Positions 9,270 to 18,600 of a DNA stretch of 64,000 nt are shown here, piece after piece. The notes beneath the pieces are model-generated. The model was not told the origin of the DNA. It saw only the letters and a program-made list of their open reading frames with translations, and searched no databases. This DNA comes from a virus (taxonomy: Duplodnaviria; Caudoviricetes). The position numbers and the translations under genes are program-made. The stretch covers positions 1,224 through 65,223 of the IMG/VR virus record IMGVR_UViG_3300046092_000036, one strand, 5' to 3'. Position 1 is the stretch's first letter, and each line of letters starts with the position of its first letter.

Positions 9270-9531
9270 ACCATACAAAAAAGAATACGAACAGTATCAG
9301 GGTAAACCCGAACAAATAAAGAACAGGGCAAAGCGTAATAGTGCCCGTGCGGAGCTAATGAAAGATGGAAGGGTATCAAAAGGTGATGGAAAAGACGTCG
9401 ACCACTCAAAGCCTCTCAGCAAGGGGGGCACAAGTGCTAAAAGTAATCTCAAGGTTAAATCCGCTAGCAACAACAGATCGTTCAGCAGAAACTCAGATCA
9501 CACCGTTAAGCGGAATGTCTCGAAAAAATAG
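9247..9531 (+). CDS. HNH-endonuclease-like protein
   Basis: DVDHSKPLSKGG...NLKV....NR. Confidence 0.75.
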   Translation: MPYVNKPRPYKKEYEQYQGKPEQIKNRAKRNSARAELMKDGRVSKGDGKDVDHSKPLSKGGTSAKSNLKVKSASNNRSFSRNSDHTVKRNVSKK

Positions 9532-10909
9532 CATCTTAACGGACTATAACTGGCCTGGAAAATTTAAGCCGTTTGACCATCAGAAGTTAACCTCTGAGTT
9601 TTTAACATTAAACCGTAAGGCATTTTGTTTTAACGAGCAGGGTACGGGTAAAACAGCTAGCGTAATATGGGCAACAGACTACCTAATGAAGTTGGGTGTA
9701 GTCCGTCGTGTGCTGGTCATCTGCCCCCTGTCTATTATGAAGTCAGCATGGCAACAGGACTTGTTTAAGTTTGCTATCCACCGCACGTGCGATGTAGCCC
9801 ATGGTAGCCCAGCCCAACGAAAGAAAATATTTGCTAACAACGCTGAGTTTGTCATCATTAACTTTGATGGGGTAGATATTGTTAAACAGGACATCTTGAA
9901 CGGGGGCTTTGACATAATCGTAGTAGATGAAGCAAGTGCTTATAAGAATGCTCAAACAACCCGTTGGAAGACCCTCAGGGACATAGCTGGTCAAGTTAAG
10001 GGTATGTGGATGCTTACTGGTACTCCAGCAGCACAATCGCCTATAGACGCGTTTGGCCTAGCCAAGCTTATTAACCCAACTGGCACACCTAAATTTTATG
10101 GTCAGTTTCGTGACCAAGTTATGTATAAAGTTGGTATGTATCGTTGGCTACCTAAACCCCAATCCCAGCAGATTGTACATACAATGTTGCAACCAGCTAT
10201 TCGGTTTGAGAAAGATCAATGTTTAGACTTACCTGACGTTACCTTTGTTGAACGGGATGCACCCCTAACTGCCCAGCAAATGAAGTATTACAAATTGCTC
10301 AAACGGCAGATGACTATGTCAGCAGATGGGGAACAAGTAACTTCTGTAAACGCAGCCACTAACATCAACAAGCTACTGCAGATCTCTGGAGGTGCGGTGT
10401 ATACCGATACTAGAGAAGTCATAGAGTTTGATGTATCCAACCGATTACGGGTTATAGAAGAGGTTATTAACGAAGCTTCACATAAGGTCCTGGTATTTGT
10501 TCCGTTTACTCATACTATAGAACTACTAAACAAATACTTAACAGCAGCTAACATACCTTGCGCAGTTATTAACGGGCAAGTTCCTGTAAATAGAAGGCAT
10601 GACATAATCAACGACTTTCAAACAACAGAAAATGTTCGTGTGCTTATCATCCAACCTCAAGCGGCATCACACGGGTTAACACTAACTGCTGCTAACGTAA
10701 TCATTTGGTATGCTCCTATGACCAGTGTAGAAACGTATCTACAAGCAAACGCCCGTATTAACAGGCCTGGGCAAAAGAACCCTATGACCATTGTGCATAT
10801 TAAAGGAAGTGAAGTAGAAACAAAGTTATACAAAATGCTAAGTAGTAACATAGACAACCACACAAAAATAATTGACTTATATAGACAAGAAATCGAAAAT
10901 ATAGCTTGA
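9515..10909 (+). CDS. SNF2-family helicase
   Basis: EQGTGKT, VVDEAS, LTGTP, GLTL, QANARINRPGQ; start chosen at ATG 9515. Confidence 0.93.
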   Translation: MSRKNSILTDYNWPGKFKPFDHQKLTSEFLTLNRKAFCFNEQGTGKTASVIWATDYLMKLGVVRRVLVICPLSIMKSAWQQDLFKFAIHRTCDVAHGSPAQRKKIFANNAEFVIINFDGVDIVKQDILNGGFDIIVVDEASAYKNAQTTRWKTLRDIAGQVKGMWMLTGTPAAQSPIDAFGLAKLINPTGTPKFYGQFRDQVMYKVGMYRWLPKPQSQQIVHTMLQPAIRFEKDQCLDLPDVTFVERDAPLTAQQMKYYKLLKRQMTMSADGEQVTSVNAATNINKLLQISGGAVYTDTREVIEFDVSNRLRVIEEVINEASHKVLVFVPFTHTIELLNKYLTAANIPCAVINGQVPVNRRHDIINDFQTTENVRVLIIQPQAASHGLTLTAANVIIWYAPMTSVETYLQANARINRPGQKNPMTIVHIKGSEVETKLYKMLSSNIDNHTKIIDLYRQEIENIA

Positions 10910-10933
10910 CATTGTCAAAGTCATCTATATAAT
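10906..10933 (+). promoter_or_regulatory. sigma70-type promoter, 16-bp spacer; -35 inside palindrome TTGACATTGTCAA
   Basis: TTGACA-N16-TATAAT. Confidence 0.8.
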
Positions 10934-10961
10934 AAAAGTTCGTAGTTTGAAGGAGCTAAAA

Positions 10962-11360
10962 ATGATTGCAGATATTCCAACAGATAAACTCGCCGAAGTT
11001 TACATAAAGATTCGTGACAAACGAGCAGAATTAAAAGAGCAGTATGAAGCACAAGACGAAGGCTTGAAAGCTCAACAAGAAATGCTAGCGGAGAAGATGC
11101 TAGATATATGTAGGGACAACAACGCTGACAGCATCAAAACACCAGCAGGGACAATCATTCGTAAAGTGGATACACGGTACTGGACGACGGATTGGGATTC
11201 TATGTATCAGTTCATTGAAGAACACGACGCATACCCCCTGCTCGAGAAGAGGATACATCAAACTAACCTCAAGCAGTTTCTCGAAGAGAATCCCGAACTG
11301 TTACCTGCTGGTTTACAAGCAGACAGAAAATACACCGTGGTCGTTAGAAGGAGCAAATAA
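10962..11360 (+). CDS. conserved coiled-coil phage replication-module protein
   Basis: AAGGAG RBS; YIKIRD..., SIKTPAGT, DWD..Y.FI, LLEKRI. Confidence 0.8.
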   Translation: MIADIPTDKLAEVYIKIRDKRAELKEQYEAQDEGLKAQQEMLAEKMLDICRDNNADSIKTPAGTIIRKVDTRYWTTDWDSMYQFIEEHDAYPLLEKRIHQTNLKQFLEENPELLPAGLQADRKYTVVVRRSK

Positions 11361-12247
11361 TGAGTAACATTTCTATTTTTCAACAAAAAACAGCACCAGT
11401 AGCAGGTCGTGAAGTTAGTGAGCTATCTAAGTCATTAGGTGCAACTTCTAGTACATCCCGTCGTATCACTATGGCTAAGGGTGTATTCCGTCGTATCGTT
11501 AATGGTAAAGAAGCGGGTAAGATTAAAGACGGTCACATGAACGTCATCGTTGTCAATGCCTTACCTAAAGTATCTCGTCAGTTCTACGCATCTGCGTATG
11601 ATCCTGATGCGGCTCCTACCCTGCCAGACTGCTGGTCAAACCTAGGTGATGTACCTGACTCTAAAGCTGCTAACACACAATCAGCAAACTGCGCTAGCTG
11701 CCCACAGAACATTGATGGCTCAGGCACTAATGGCAAAGGTCGTGCATGTCGTTTTAACCGCCGTATAGCAGTAGTACTCGAAGGTGATATGAGTGGTGAT
11801 ATTTATCAGTTCAACATTCCAGCTAAGTCATTGTTTGGTAAAGGCACTGGTAACACACATCCGTTTGAAAGTTATATTAAGTTCTTGCCAGCTAACGGAG
11901 AAAGTATTGACCGCATCGTTACTCAGATTTCTTTTGACGAAGAGGAGACTGCTGATGTATTGAAGTTCACACCAGTCCGTCACTTAACTGATGAAGAGAT
12001 TGATGTAGTAGAAGCTGCTCAGGGAACACAAGAGGCTAAGACTGTAATTCAGTTAACTGTAGCTCAGCAAGATGGTGTTGTTAAATTACCCCCAGCAGCT
12101 AAAGCAGCGGCTCCTGCGTTCAAAGAAGAACCTGAAGTTGAGGTAATAGAAGAGCCTGTAGTTAAACGGTCTAAGAAAGCTGAAGCGCCTACTGCAGCGC
12201 CAAAAGCAAATTTAGCTGACGTTGTCAGTGCTTGGTCAGATAGTTAA
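11360..12247 (+). CDS. putative single-stranded DNA-binding protein
   Basis: PDCWS, CASCPQN, GRACR motifs; Ala/Pro/Glu-rich tail; lies between helicase and primase. Confidence 0.6.
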   Translation: MSNISIFQQKTAPVAGREVSELSKSLGATSSTSRRITMAKGVFRRIVNGKEAGKIKDGHMNVIVVNALPKVSRQFYASAYDPDAAPTLPDCWSNLGDVPDSKAANTQSANCASCPQNIDGSGTNGKGRACRFNRRIAVVLEGDMSGDIYQFNIPAKSLFGKGTGNTHPFESYIKFLPANGESIDRIVTQISFDEEETADVLKFTPVRHLTDEEIDVVEAAQGTQEAKTVIQLTVAQQDGVVKLPPAAKAAAPAFKEEPEVEVIEEPVVKRSKKAEAPTAAPKANLADVVSAWSDS

Positions 12248-12249
12248 TA

Positions 12250-12507
12250 ATGAGTTACGGCTATAGTGCCAAAACTATTCAGTTAAACAAAAGAGCCGAT
12301 AGTAGTAGGCTCGGAGTTGCGTTGGGTAGGTCGGCTATCAAACTAGGCATATCAGTTGCAGATATAGCTGGTACGCTTAAAGTTAGCCGTCAAACTATCT
12401 ATAACTGGTTTATAGGTTCTTACAACCCTAAAGATACGTACACCAAGTCAATAACCAGCTTATTGAATAGTTTTAACAAGCACATTAAAGAAACAAATTT
12501 AAAGTAA
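12250..12507 (+). CDS. Cro/XRE-type HTH protein
   Basis: ISVADIAGTLKVSRQTIYNWFIG. Confidence 0.8.
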   Translation: MSYGYSAKTIQLNKRADSSRLGVALGRSAIKLGISVADIAGTLKVSRQTIYNWFIGSYNPKDTYTKSITSLLNSFNKHIKETNLK

Positions 12508-12526
12508 GCCTTATCACTGGAGGTTT

Positions 12527-12551
12527 GGGGGGAGTAGTCCCCCCTTTTTTC
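12527..12551 (+). terminator. intrinsic terminator/attenuator before primase
   Basis: GGGGGGA-GTAG-TCCCCCC followed by T-run. Confidence 0.6.
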
Positions 12552-12569
12552 CCTAACAACGAGACAACG

Positions 12570-15410
12570 ATGGCAAATATTGACCTATTAAACAGAGTGC
12601 AAAGCCCCGATGGGTGGCTTACTGTGCTCGGCTTAAAGGGAAAGTCTGCTATACAAGAGCTTGTTCAAACACGGGAAGAATTCGATAAGTATGTAGCAGA
12701 GTTTTTAGGAAAAGGTAGGGATGTTTATTTTGGCGTAGCTAAGTTTGAAACCAATTTAAACCGCAAAAAGGAAAACGTAAAAGACCTCAAATCCTTTTGG
12801 ATTGATTTAGATTGTGGCGAGTCTAAAGCAGAAGTAAATCAAAAGACAGGTCGCCCTGATGGGTACATTGACCAAGCTACTGGATTACAAGAGCTACAAA
12901 AGTTTTGCAAACTAATCGGATTACCCAGACCGTTACTTGTTAACTCAGGTAGAGGCATCCATGCGTATTGGCCCCTTACTAATCCTATAAGTAAAGAGGA
13001 ATGGGAACCAGTTGCTAATCGTTTGAACGAGTTATGTGTATTGCACAACCTTTATGTCGATGCAAGCGTATTTGAAATAGCCCGTGTTCTTAGAGTACCA
13101 GGCACACTGAATTTTAAAGATAATCCACCTAAGCCAGTAGAGCTAATCAGTGATGCACCAGATGTAGAGTACGAAACATTTAAAAATTTACTAGGCGTAA
13201 AAGAAGCGCCAACAAAACCTTCCGCACCAAAAGAATTAAGTGAGTTGCAAAAAGCTATGGCTGCTAACACCGTATCACGGTTTAGTAAGATTATGATTCG
13301 CAGTGCCAACAATGAAGGTTGCGCACAGCTGTTGTACCAGTATCAAAACCAAGACTCTGTATCCGAACCTATGTGGTTCAATGCCTTATCTATTGCTCAC
13401 CGTTGCGTAGATAGAGAAACTGCAATCCATAAGATTTCAGAACGGCATCCTGAGTATTCACCCGAAGATACAGAGAACAAAGCTAGTCACACTGCGTTTG
13501 CACAACGATGCGCTACGCTTGAGAAAAATAACCCAGGAGGTTGTGATGGTTGCCAATGGAAGGGTCGTATCGGTTCTCCCATTGCATTAGGTAGAGAGAT
13601 AGTAAAAGCAGAAGAGACAGAGGTTCACGAGACCGAAGAGTTAGATGACTTTGCAACACACAAGATACCGTCTTACCCACACCCTTATTTCCGTGGTAAG
13701 AATGGTGGCATTTACATAACTGTTAGCAGCGATGAGGAAACAGAACCTATCTGCGTGTATGAGCACGACTTGTATGTAGTAAAGCGCATGAATGACCCTG
13801 ACCCTTCTGTTGGTGAGTTAGTACTGTTACGTTTGCATTTACCCCAAGACGGTGTACGAGAATTTACAATACCCCTTTCTACGGTGGCGGTTAAAGAAAG
13901 ATTACGTGAAGCTCTTTCTACCAAGGGTGTGGCAGGAATGCCAAAACAAATGGATCAATTAATGGCGTTCTTAATGACGTTCATTAAAGAATTGCAATAT
14001 AAAAAGAAAGCGGAACTTATGAGGACACAATTTGGCTGGGTAGATAAAGACAGCAAGTTTATTATTGGTGATAGGGAGATTAACAAAGATGGTGTATTCC
14101 ATAGTCCCCCATCCACAGTTACACAACAGTTTGCAGAAAGCATGCACCCTATGGGGACACTGGAGAAATGGAAAGAAGTATTTAATATGTATGGGGCACC
14201 TGGTTTAGAACCCCATGCGTTTGCTGCGCTTACTGCGTTTGGCGCGCCGCTTCTTAAATTCACTGGTCATAGCGGAGCAATCATAAACTTAATCCACAAA
14301 GATTCGGGCACGGGTAAGTCTACTGCGTTGTATATGTGCAATAGCGTGTACGGACACCCTGATAGGTTGGCAGCTATTTGGAAAGATACCCTAGCGGCTA
14401 AGGTACTGCACCTAGGCATTATGAATAACCTACCGTTTACTGTGGATGAGATTACCAATCTTACCCCTGCGGACTTCTCCACCCTAGCATATAGCATGTC
14501 ACAAGGTCGTGGTGCAAACAGGTCTAGGTCAGACAAGAACGAGATGCGTATTAATAAGACTACTTGGCAGACTATGTCTTTAGCCAGTTCAAACGCTAGC
14601 TTCTATGAAAAAATGGGTGTGCATAAGACTAGTCCCGATGGTGAGATGATGCGTTTGCTGGAGTATCAAATTCACCCTTCTAATATTATTCCTACACACG
14701 TAGCTAAGCACATGTTTGACCACCAGCTCAAGGAGAACTACGGGCATGCTGGAGATATTTACTGCTCCTACCTAGTCAACAACCTAGAAGATGCTAAGAG
14801 CAACATGTTAGCTATCCAACAGAAGATTGATAAGGAGATGCGCCTAACTAACAAGGAGCGTTTCTGGTCTGCAGTTATTGCTTGTAACCTAACAGGGGGT
14901 TTGATTGCCCGTATGCTAGGCTTGCACGACTACGATATGAAAGCTATCTACGCATGGTCTATGCAGATGCTAACCACAGTACGTCAAGATATTGCACCGC
15001 CAGCTAATAACTCTTCTTCTGTAATTGGTGATTATATTAACCGTCATATTCAAAACATGTTGGTTGTAAACAATGATACAGACAAGCGTACTCATATGCA
15101 CTCGTTGCCGATACAAGAGCCACGGGACAAGTTGTATATCCGTTACGAGCCTGATACAAAGCTAATGTATATCGTTGCCAAGCACTTTAAAAAGGATTGC
15201 GTGGAGTCACAAGCGTCGTACAAAGACACATTGCATGAGCTTAAGACCAAGGGCATCTTCCTTAAGGGCGACACCAAGCAGATGTCAAAAGGCATGCGGG
15301 TTACATCACCTGGGGTCTATGCGTTGATATTCGATTGCTCTGTGGCAGACTTTATTGATATAGATGCGATGGTTGCGCCTATAGTTGAGAATGCTAGTAG
15401 AGAAGATTAG
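12570..15410 (+). CDS. primase (AEP/RepB-like) fused to DUF927 helicase
   Basis: WIDLDCG, NSGRGIHAYW, RVLRVPGT, Cys cluster, SGTGKST, DEIT. Confidence 0.88.
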   Translation: MANIDLLNRVQSPDGWLTVLGLKGKSAIQELVQTREEFDKYVAEFLGKGRDVYFGVAKFETNLNRKKENVKDLKSFWIDLDCGESKAEVNQKTGRPDGYIDQATGLQELQKFCKLIGLPRPLLVNSGRGIHAYWPLTNPISKEEWEPVANRLNELCVLHNLYVDASVFEIARVLRVPGTLNFKDNPPKPVELISDAPDVEYETFKNLLGVKEAPTKPSAPKELSELQKAMAANTVSRFSKIMIRSANNEGCAQLLYQYQNQDSVSEPMWFNALSIAHRCVDRETAIHKISERHPEYSPEDTENKASHTAFAQRCATLEKNNPGGCDGCQWKGRIGSPIALGREIVKAEETEVHETEELDDFATHKIPSYPHPYFRGKNGGIYITVSSDEETEPICVYEHDLYVVKRMNDPDPSVGELVLLRLHLPQDGVREFTIPLSTVAVKERLREALSTKGVAGMPKQMDQLMAFLMTFIKELQYKKKAELMRTQFGWVDKDSKFIIGDREINKDGVFHSPPSTVTQQFAESMHPMGTLEKWKEVFNMYGAPGLEPHAFAALTAFGAPLLKFTGHSGAIINLIHKDSGTGKSTALYMCNSVYGHPDRLAAIWKDTLAAKVLHLGIMNNLPFTVDEITNLTPADFSTLAYSMSQGRGANRSRSDKNEMRINKTTWQTMSLASSNASFYEKMGVHKTSPDGEMMRLLEYQIHPSNIIPTHVAKHMFDHQLKENYGHAGDIYCSYLVNNLEDAKSNMLAIQQKIDKEMRLTNKERFWSAVIACNLTGGLIARMLGLHDYDMKAIYAWSMQMLTTVRQDIAPPANNSSSVIGDYINRHIQNMLVVNNDTDKRTHMHSLPIQEPRDKLYIRYEPDTKLMYIVAKHFKKDCVESQASYKDTLHELKTKGIFLKGDTKQMSKGMRVTSPGVYALIFDCSVADFIDIDAMVAPIVENASRED

Positions 15411-15585
15411 TTACAACGTTAACTGGAGAAATTTCAAAGTGGGGTATTCGATTTTTATACCCTGCATTGACACCAGCGCAGCTAAACAGGATATCCTACG
15501 TGTTACAAAAAGATTGAAAATAGAAGTAATTACAAAACTAGTTATTGAAGAAGGAGTGAGGGGGTTACGCATCTGGAGGATTTAA
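15391..15585 (+). CDS. small hypothetical protein
   Basis: W..F.VG.SIFIPC...GLRIWRI; ends the replication operon. Confidence 0.7.
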   Translation: MLVEKISYNVNWRNFKVGYSIFIPCIDTSAAKQDILRVTKRLKIEVITKLVIEEGVRGLRIWRI

Positions 15586-15593
15586 CCTATACT
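15565..15593 (+). promoter_or_regulatory. candidate promoter for sRNA
   Basis: TTACGC-N17-TATACT. Confidence 0.45.
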
Positions 15594-15598
15594 CGAAC

Positions 15599-15680
15599 GT
15601 AGAACAACTCCTTGTTGTTTCTCCTCGGAAGTTAGCTCCTTCCAATCCTCTTAAACCCCGCCTAGTGCGGGGTCTTTTTT
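15599..15680 (+). ncRNA. candidate anti-Shine-Dalgarno sRNA
   Basis: Three CTCCT segments, two hairpins, terminator; 11-12-nt complementarity to four phage RBSs. Confidence 0.55.
15655..15680. terminator. terminator between convergent operons (likely bidirectional)
   Basis: ACCCCGC-CTAGT-GCGGGGT-CTTTTTT. Confidence 0.85.
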
Positions 15681-18600
15681 ATCTCTTGTCTACAGAACGA
15701 GTGCCCTCTACCAAAGGATAAACAAATGGAGCTTGTGCATCTGTTACAGATAAGCCTTGGGACGATTTGCTACGACGCTCTTCACGAGACTGTAGAGACT
15801 TACTAATTGTTTCACCGTCGATAGGTAGCATAGAATTTTTAGTATTAAATTTGTCTACTTGTTCTAGTATTGAATCAACTTTATCGTCGTCATCATTACG
15901 TACTGCTATATCTAAACGATTAAGCAACGTAGCTTTTTCTTTTTCTATCTTTGCAACTATTTGTTTAGCCATAAAGTTAGACTTTTGTATTTGTGCTACT
16001 TCAGTATTTCCAAACCCTAAAGCTTGCGCAGCTAATTTACCTGTTGTGTAAAACTCTGCATTCACAATCTCGTCACCTTTAGGGGTAGTAGCACCTTCTT
16101 TACTTAATCTATATGAAGTCAAACCGCCTCTAAGCCATGCTGGAGCAAGCTTCTCAAAGCCTCTATTTATCTGCCCATTATTAAAATCATCAAAGGCGCC
16201 CGCAATATTTGAGCCTATGCTACCTATAGGACCACTAAAACCAAATATAAAGTTTTGGAAAGCCTCACGAGAAGTATTTCCAGGGCTATCGTCTCTAAAC
16301 CACAAGCCATCTAACGAAGTAGATGCACCAAGATTTAGACCTGTAACTGCAGATAGTGGACCCATTTCAACCCCACGAGCCAATGTTTTAGCATCTTCTT
16401 CACTTAGTCCTAAAGCGTCAGCCAAGTTACTGTCGGGGCCAAAATAGCTAGGAATAAAGGAGTTTCTAAACCATAAATCTAAGTTACGTTTACCAAGTGG
16501 ATTTCCTTCGTCATCTTCATCATAGTCTTCATCTTCTTCGTCACGCATTAACTCACGCACACCTTCTGATACACCCATAATAAAGCTATATAAAGGTAAT
16601 CCTGTAACACCAGCAAACAAACCAGTCATTCCTAAAGTACCAAAGAATTTAATTGCTGCTTCTTTCTTCTCGTCTTTATTTAAGAACGGCAACATACCAT
16701 AGAAGTTACGTACTAAGTACGATGTCATCTGTAGTGGGTAAGTTAAGAATTGTGTAGCTAACTTAGCCCCTGGACTGCCCTTCATTAATCTAGGCTTGTT
16801 GTACTGTGTGTAGTTAAACAAGGCATCATAAGTTAACTGCAAAGCTTTTTCAGTAGCAGCATCAAAAGCAGCTTTATCATCCATACCCTTTTGTTTGTAA
16901 TCAGCGTAGGCTAATTCAAAAGACGACATAAACATAATCTCACGAGAGATACGCTCAGCGTGGTGGAATGCACCACCCATAAAGTTAAATACGCCCCTAG
17001 TCCCCCTACTAACTATATTATGATACTGCCCAGTAGGGACATCAGCCATTGCGGTCATATCTCCCGCATAGGTAGACATAAATATATCTTTGTCGTTAGC
17101 AAAGTTCCAAGCATCTTTTAACGCTTTTCTATACGCTGGGTCTTTGTGCTCAGTAACATACTTAGAGTCACCAATAGAAGGTTGACCCCAATTAGTAGTT
17201 ATATTTCCATCGGCATCTGTTTTAGTTGTGCTAAATTTATTCCATAGTGCACTGTATCTAGCAGCAGTTGCAGTAGCTTTTCCTATACCAAATTCAGCCC
17301 CAAGAGTAGGTAAACCAACAATAGGTAGCTGTGTCATCTGTATTAGTGCCGACTTAGGAGAAGTTAGCAACCAATAGAACACAAACTTGTTACCCGTTGC
17401 AGCGACTTTATTCCAGTCTATGCCTTCATCAGGGATGCTAGGTGTAATCTCATCAAGCGCTCTAGCACTAATTTCTCTAATAAGCACAGATAGTTTTAGC
17501 TTGTCTGGGTTTTGTGCTATCTCCGCATATGCGGCTGCTATGCCGTTACGAATTTTATCTGCATAACTTAGACGGGCTAGTTGATTAGCAGCTGTATGTT
17601 GGCTAGTAATAAAGTTGCGGATTGCGTCGGCGCTAAAACCAGTCTTGCCTTGGCGGTGTACAAACTTACGACGGATGTCTTTATCAGGCAAGGTCATTAA
17701 ATACATCTGATAAATGTTATCCTTAACAGCCTCTATATCCGACATTTTATTGCTATCCAGCATTGCAAAGATTTCTTTAAGCATGTCGCTAGACTCAACA
17801 TGCTTTTCTCTTAACTTGCGTATATCATCACCAACGTCTATATCCCCGTCTTCAATCATTTTAGCTAAGCTACGGTTAGTACCACCAGCTTTATTAAGTT
17901 CAGCAACACGGGCTTCAACCGCAGCATTACGGGCGGTAGCACTTTCAAACATGTAGAACTCACCACTCTTGCCCTTACCTTTGCTAAACCAGAAGTTACC
18001 ATAGCGCATTAACGGGAAGTAAATATCTAACAAGCGGGCTTCTTGAAAAGTCTTAGTAATAGCTGCAATCAATTTGCCCTTTGGAGTAGACGCATCATTA
18101 ATATCTCCAGGTACGTTAGAAGATGCAATCTTTTCTTTTAGTAGCTTTTCATGTAGATCAAACGTTTGCTTGTAGCTATCCCTAGCCATTTTGTATATAG
18201 CATGCCCTTCGCCTTTCCCAAACTTACCTAAGGCATCCCAACCGAGCATGGTAAATTTTTCACCTGTAATAGGGTTATCTAGAACACCACCTTCGTACAA
18301 TAGTTTTATAGCTGCGGTGCGTTCAGTTCTTTGTTTTTTAAGATTAGGTAAAGTCTTAGGGTCGGTAGACGGGTTAAGAATATCGTTTTCTATACGTTTT
18401 AAAGCAGGGTCATTTTGTATAGCAGTTGCTGCATCAGGGTGTTTAGCAGGGTCAACTTGTAACAACGTAGCTGCATTTATTACATCAGCCAATGCTTTGC
18501 CACCTTTTTTATATTTTTGATTAAAGTTAATCCAAGCAGGGACTTTTTCTGCTAGTTCACGAATCATACGAGTGCGCATACCAGCCATATCATCTACGGC

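Noticed and set aside
9365-9514. Longest-ORF starts (helicase 9365, primase 12525, TerS 54544, HNH 55499, GroES 49739)
   Set aside because: They overlap upstream genes, terminators or promoters; downstream ATGs fit better
15599-15655. Minus-strand CsrA/RsmA sponge (AAGGA in a hairpin loop)
   Set aside because: On the minus strand the GGA motifs lie past the terminator hairpin with no promoter; the + strand has a -10 and a U-tail. Not fully excluded without RNA data
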